Source: Macrostomum hystrix (Eukaryota > Animalia > Platyhelminthes). Taken from it: 64,000 bases of DNA. Both the position numbers and the translations under genes were made by a program. The DNA lies in assembly GCA_950097015.1 (NCBI GenBank), contig CATNEN010000001.1, positions 26,102,001 to 26,166,000 of the forward strand, in the 5' to 3' direction. A model generated the notes under the pieces. That model worked only from the letters and a program-made list of their open reading frames with translations, made no database searches and was not told the DNA's origin. Within the stretch, counting starts at the first letter, position 1; every line of letters starts with the position of its first letter. Positions 58,083-64,000 of this stretch are shown here, piece by piece.

Positions 58083-58737
58083 CAGCTGCTCAGAGCTCGG
58101 TGAGACAGTGGGCTGAGTCTGCAGCCTCATCTCCCCGCCCCGCTGTCTGCTGTGGACTCGCTGCCCTGTGGAGTGTCTGGAATTGGCAATTTTCAAGCAG
58201 CAATGCAAGATAGATACTAGTTGAACACAATGGTTTGAGCTGCTGTGCTCATCTGGAACTCGAGTCGCGGCCAGGGCAGCTCAGGGCAGAGGAGAGGCTG
58301 AGCTGGGAGAGATCAGGTCTGGCCAGTGTGAAACAGTACCGACAATGAAAGCATTGTAATAGCAATGCCACTGAATGCCTGTAGTCATGCGTGACTGCTG
58401 AAATTCTCAGCCCCAAATCTGCTTCCACTCCGCGGAGTTGGGGTGGGCGCCTCTCGAAGCATCTTCTGAGACCGCCCTCCCGAGTTCTCAAAGTGCTGAG
58501 CACTGACTGCCCGAGTTCTCAAAGTGCTGAGCACTGACTGCCCGAGTTCTCAAAGTGCTGAGCACTGACTGCCCGAGTTCTCAAAGTGCTGAGCACTGAC
58601 TGCCCGAGTTCTCAAAGTGCTGAGCACTGACTGCCCGAGTTCTCAAAGTGCTGAGCACTGACTGCCCGAGTTCTCAAAGTGCTGAGCACTGACTGCCCGA
58701 GTTCTCAAAGTGCTGAGCACTGACTGCCCGAGTTCTC
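58083..58737 (-). repeat. Inverted copy of the 17817-18404 dispersed repeat, with ~8 copies of the 31-bp unit
   Basis: Reverse-complement match seen directly. Confidence 0.88.
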
Positions 58738-58742
58738 TGCCC

Positions 58743-59150
58743 GGGGCAGAGGTGACGAGGGGGCAGAGAGGTGACGAGGGGGCAGAGAGGTGACGAGGGG
58801 GCAGAGAGGTGACGAGGGGGCAGAGAGGTGACGAGGGGGCAGAGAGGTGACGAGGGGGCAGAGAGGTGACGAGGGGGCAGAGAGGTGACGAGGGGGCAGA
58901 GAGGTGACGAGGGGGCAGAGAGGTGACGAGGGGGCAGAGAGGTGACGAGGGGGCAGAGAGGTGACGAGGGGGCAGAGAGGTGACGAGGGGGCAGAGAGGT
59001 GACGAGGGGGCAGAGAGGTGACGAGGGGGCAGAGAGGTGACGAGGGGGCAGAGAGGTGACGAGGGGGCAGAGAGGTGACGAGGGGGCAGAGAGGTGCCGA
59101 GGGGGGAGAGAGGTGCCGAGGGGGGAGAGAGGTGCCGAGGGGGGCAGAGA
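58743..59150. repeat. 19-bp G-rich minisatellite (GAGGGGGCAGAGAGGTGAC)
   Basis: ~20 near-identical copies. Confidence 0.93.
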
Positions 59151-59984
59151 GGCGGGGCCACCCACCCCACTCCACAGTCCCTGCCTTCGCTGGGGACCTC
59201 TCCGCACATTTTCATTTGCCTGTGCGGCCCTCGACCCCCACTCTGTGGGTGGCCTCTTCTTAACAGCCACCCTGTAGGCCGTCACTAGCGCCAAGTGAGC
59301 CACAGTCAGCCAGACTGTTTTTCATTCAATGCACTTTAGTCTGCGTCTGATTGCTGACTTGTGTTTGTCCTGAGTGTGTCCTGTCCTTTGCTTGTGTTTG
59401 CTGAAGGCACTGCAGTAATTAATGCCAATGCCAATTAACAGTTCAAGTAGCAGCAAACTGTAACTAAACTGTGCATTTTAGCTCAGCTGTGTCAGTTTTC
59501 CAGCAATAGCAGCGCAACAGCTAGGCTGAAATGGCGCAGAAGCACTAAAACTGACTGGCGGAGGCCCCCAGCCAATGGGAGAGCGCCCGCACGCCCACCC
59601 CTCCAGAAGCGATGCTCAGCCGTTTCACAAGCCCCAATTTCCACAGCGTCGAAAGCAGAAGTTGCTTCGGACTGCACAAACTCTGAATTGCGCACTGAAA
59701 ATTGGGCTTTGTGAGAGCGGCCCGCACGGTACGCAGTGCGCATTTTCACCTATAAAAAGCAGCAAATGGAAAGCTTTACTCCCACTGATAATATTAATGC
59801 TATTATTTACGGCACTGCAAAACTGCTTGAGTGGCAGAGGCGGGCAAAACTCTGATTGGACAGAAAATATTTTGGCTAAAAATTGCAACCCACTTTGACT
59901 CTGATCAGTGAAACACTGCGACCTGCACCCACTCAGTGCGATAATGCAAGATGAGAGACATTCTCAGTCGCCATGGCAACTCAC

Positions 59985-61805
59985 CCACGCAGCAGCTCGG
60001 TCAGTTCGCTCTTTCCCTCCTCTGTGGCCCAATCCAGCGCAGTCTTGCCATAATTGTCCTTCAGGCTCCAGTCCGACCCTGCGGCCAGCAGAGCCCGACC
60101 GACTGCGGCGGCGGTGGCGGGGGGCGCCTCGGCTGCCTGCATGAGGGGCGTGGATTCAATGCAATTCCTGGCGTTGGCGGAGGCTCCGGCATGGAGCAGC
60201 TGGGAGACTGCGGCAGAATTGCCAGTCCCGGCTGCCCAGTGCAGGCAACTGAGAGCATACACATCAGCACAGGTGGGGTCCCCGAGCTGCAGCAGATGCT
60301 GCCACAGAGCCCCGTCAGAGCACTGGATGGTCCAAGCTGCCGACATTAACGCTGTCTGACCCCACCTGTCCGGCAGGTCGCAGTTGCCGCGGGTCGCCGC
60401 TCGCCGCAGCCCCGCCGAGTCGCCCGCATCGGCCAACCGCTGCAGTTCCTCTCGCTCTGCCTCCTCCTGCAAAGGCGAGTGGAGAATTTGAGCACAGCTG
60501 CTCATCTGCACCCACATCGGCACCCCAGATGCCACTCACCGAGGCTGTCAGGCCGGAGATGTAGCCATATTCATCCACTCGCAGCCGCATCTCCCTGCAA
60601 AGCAGAAGAAATCAAATGCGAAATTCTCATCGCACACAAACAGGCAGCAGTTTCAGACAAGCCCATTTTTACTCAGCCTCAAATTCGCTGCATCAGCAAA
60701 GTGTTGGGGTCGAGAAAGCACTGCGGCATGAGAAATGCCCATTCTCAGTGCTGCCAATGTGGCACACAAATCTGTGCACTGGCCATTGGAGATTTGCTGA
60801 TTGCGTATTTGCGAATCTCCAAGTTAAGGGAAGTAAAATCTCAGCCAATCAGAATATTGGGGAAGGGAAACTGGCCGTGGGAGACACAAACACATGGGAA
60901 TTCAGTTGCATGCACAAAACTCCCCTGCATCTCTAGTGCTTTCCCAGATTGACAGGTTCCCATTTGAGTGATCTCCAATCGATTTATTAGTTAGCTCGAG
61001 TTGCTAAACTAGAAATGCAAAAGCGACTGCACCGAAATGAAATCCCATTGGGCCATGCAAACAACAGCGGCTTCAGCTGACTGGCTCTGATTGGCTGGGC
61101 TGAGACCAATGCTCAGGCCACCCCAGCTGCAATGCTGCGAATCGGGCACAGCAGCGAACTGATCACTCACCGCTCAATGTCGCTGGCCAGCTCTGAGTGG
61201 CCGCCCTGCCTCGCCAGGTCGAGCGCGGTTCGACCTTCGCTGTCCTGCAGGCCGAGCAGCTGATCCCTCTTCGAGTTGCCTCTCTCCTTATACTCATTAT
61301 ACCTCCACTGCCTCAGCAGATGCAGCAGGTGTTTCGCGGATCGCCAGCTGCCGGCCCGAGCTGCCTCCATCAGCGGTGTCGCGCCTCGCTCGTTCTGCAG
61401 CCACTTCGCATCGAACGGCAGCAGCGCCAGCAGCCGCAGGTGGTTTCGTCTGGCTGCCACGTGCGCAGCCGTGTTGCCCGCCCCGTCACGCGCCCTCGGA
61501 TCTGCGCCCAACTCAAATAAGTACAATACGCACTTCTCAGCCTCCACGGGAGTCTCTGGAGCGTCGGCTACCAGCATCAAGACGGTCCTTCCGCTGTCAT
61601 CTGTGCTTGCCACCAGCTGTCGCGTCGCCCGCAGCCGCACCTCGCCAAAGTCGCCCTGGATGGTCAGCTCGGCGAGTTTCTGCAACAGAGAGTTGGCGAT
61701 GCAACAGTCAGTGGGCAGGTTCAGTCAATATTTGAGCAATAGAAAGAGCACTGTGATTGGCTCTGAGTCCCTCACCTGGTCATCTCTTGGGCCTCCAGCA
61801 GCCAT
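59985..61805 (-). CDS. Ankyrin-kinase copy 2, exons 1-4 (61805-61776, 61679-61171, 60594-60540, 60466-59985); ~8 ankyrin repeats
   Basis: Same splice sites and phases as copy 1; open frames. Confidence 0.85.
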
Positions 61806-62935
61806 GGGACTGATTAGAATGAGAAGTTAGATTAAGCACTGCTCAAGGTGAGCACACTGCGATTCCACCTCTTGCCCGCTGCAGCTTGAAGACAGCTAGC
61901 TATTATGCTAGCTGTCTGTTAGCTACTGGCTAGCTACAGGCCTGTTGGTTGCCATGACAACGGGCAGGCCAGTGTCTGCCGCTCTCTCCTTGGAGTGCTC
62001 TCGAATCGTGCTCCTTGGTGGCTACTCACAGGGCAGTAGAGTGGAGGGCATTCTGCAGCTGTGATATATATTATGAGTAAATTGACGTTTTTTATTACAT
62101 TACTACGTCAAGACTCTCACAACTGTATCATTGTGCAGCTGTGATATATATGATGAGTAAATTAGCTTTTATTACATTATTACGTCAAGACTCTCACAAC
62201 TGTATCATTGTGCAGCATCGTCAATATTAGGAAAAAAGTTTTTTTGTATTGTGTATCAAATATTTTATAATATTAACTAAGACTTATAATATGCAATATA
62301 ATACGTTCATTATAAAACATGTCTATACAAAGCGAAATCTTCGCGTTTTAGAATTCTGGCGGACGCAAACACGTTATCAAACAATGTACGCGATCGTATT
62401 AAACAATGATCAGTTGTTCAGGAAAAAAGTCTTTCAAACAATGGAAAGCTTTCTTGAAATTTCTTAGTTCGATCCCGGGAATAAGTATTTTTTTATTTCG
62501 AATCCCAAGACTGGAAAATGTCCGGGATTTGAGACTGTGGTGCAGTGTTAATTGTCGTGTTATTTTCGTGAGTTCTTGTTATTATCCAGAGCATTATAGA
62601 GTATAGAGTTCGCGTTGTTGTTCTTGTGTTGAGGTTATTGAGATTTTGTTAAGTAAATTACCAGTGCGAAATGCGAATTTAATATTGAATTGAATTAAGT
62701 ACAGTACCTGGCAGGGGACGGAAAAAGCGCTGCCAGCAGGGGAATTAATCACTTATAGTCTTCTCTTTTTAACGAATTAACACCTAAATATCAGCTGTTT
62801 AGCTTGGACTTTTGAATCGTCTTGTCTTCGTTATTTTCGAGTTACCGCAATAGAATCTTTCGCAAAGAGTAGGACACCCGACCTCATTTAGGAATCTCAA
62901 CGCAGAGACCTAAGTCACAATATCACTGCAGTATA

Positions 62936-63592
62936 GCATGACTTATCGAGAGGGAGGCATCACTTATCGAGAGGGAAGCATGACTTATCGAGAGGAGAGC
63001 ATCACTTATCGAGAGGAGAGCATCACTTATCGAGAGGGAGGCATGACTTATCGAGAGGGAAGCATGACTTATCGAGAGGGAGGCATGACTTATCGAGAGG
63101 GAGGCATGACTTATCGAGAGGGAAGCATGACTTATCGAGAGGGAGGCATGACTTATCGAGAGGGAAGCATGACTTATCGAGAGGGAAGCATGACTTATCG
63201 AGAGGGAGGCATGACTTATCGAGAGGGAGAGCATGACTTATCGAGAGGGAAGCATGACTTATCGAGAGGGAGGCATGACTTATCGAGAGGGAAGCATGAC
63301 TTATCGAGAGGGAAGCATGACTTATCGAGAGGAGAGCATCACTTATCGAGAGGGAGGCATGACTTATCGAGAGGGAGGCATGACTTATCGAGAGGGAAGC
63401 ATGACTTATCGAGAGGGAGGCATGACTTATCGAGAGGGAAGCATGACTTATCGAGAGGGAAGCATGACTTATCGAGAGGGAAGCATGACTTATCGAGAGG
63501 GAAGCATGACTTATCGAGAGGGAAGCATGACTTATCGAGAGGGAAGCATGACTTATCGAAAGGGAAGCATGACTTATCGAGAGGGAAGCATG
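62936..63592. repeat. 21-bp minisatellite (GCATGACTTATCGAGAGGGAR)
   Basis: ~31 tandem copies. Confidence 0.95.
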
Positions 63593-64000
63593 AATGGTCA
63601 AGGGATAGTATATGATATATTAAAAGAGCAGTTTACTCCCGATTCGCCGATTCCCGATTGGCCGAATCCCGATTTGCCTAAATTCCCAATTCGCCGAAAT
63701 TTCCGATTCGCCGAATTCACTCTTTGCCGAAAAAATTTCCAGGAACATTTTTGCTGAGCTACCGTACCTCATTACACTTTTATTTTCGGCTCTACAAGGA
63801 TGTCCAGCAAGTTTTGCTTTTTCCGAAGTACGTGTGATGTTCTTTGCTCACCCAATCTACGTTCCAGAATGTTAATAAAGTTTTGAAGCAAGTTTACAAG
63901 TTAATGAATGAAGAAAGTGCATTTCATTTAAGTTAGTTTTTTAATTAATTTCAATACAATAGAAATAGAGTTCCAATATTTGAGCAGCACTCAACGAGGG

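Overview
Eukaryotic, minisatellite-rich genomic DNA with GT-AG introns. The repeat landscape resembles a flatworm such as Macrostomum, which is inference only. Most long ORFs in the supplied track are translations of 14-31 bp tandem arrays. The real content is a three-layer nest. (1) Two tandem paralogues of a 7-exon minus-strand gene encoding ~8 ankyrin repeats plus a STE11/MAP3K-like kinase (copy 1 19507-47523, copy 2 56238-61805, plus a 3' remnant of a third copy). (2) A Ty3/Gypsy LTR retrotransposon (20116-44007, 4-bp TSD CAGG, tRNA-Lys PBS, -1 frameshift signal) inserted in the 90-bp kinase intron of copy 1; it carries an extra J-domain (HPD) ORF after pol. (3) A 15.2-kb Polinton/Maverick (adintovirus-like) endogenous DNA virus (28117-43349, AGTAGT...ACTACT ends, 995-bp TIRs, 6-bp TSD) inserted in the 3' LTR. 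It encodes major and minor capsid proteins, a packaging ATPase, an integrase, a parvovirus-type PLA2 and core-like proteins. It retains only the N-terminal (terminal-protein/OTU-like) part of pPolB, has no recognisable adenain protease, and holds a 4.1-kb internal minisatellite. The two ankyrin-kinase paralogues differ mainly at predicted ankyrin binding-surface residues.
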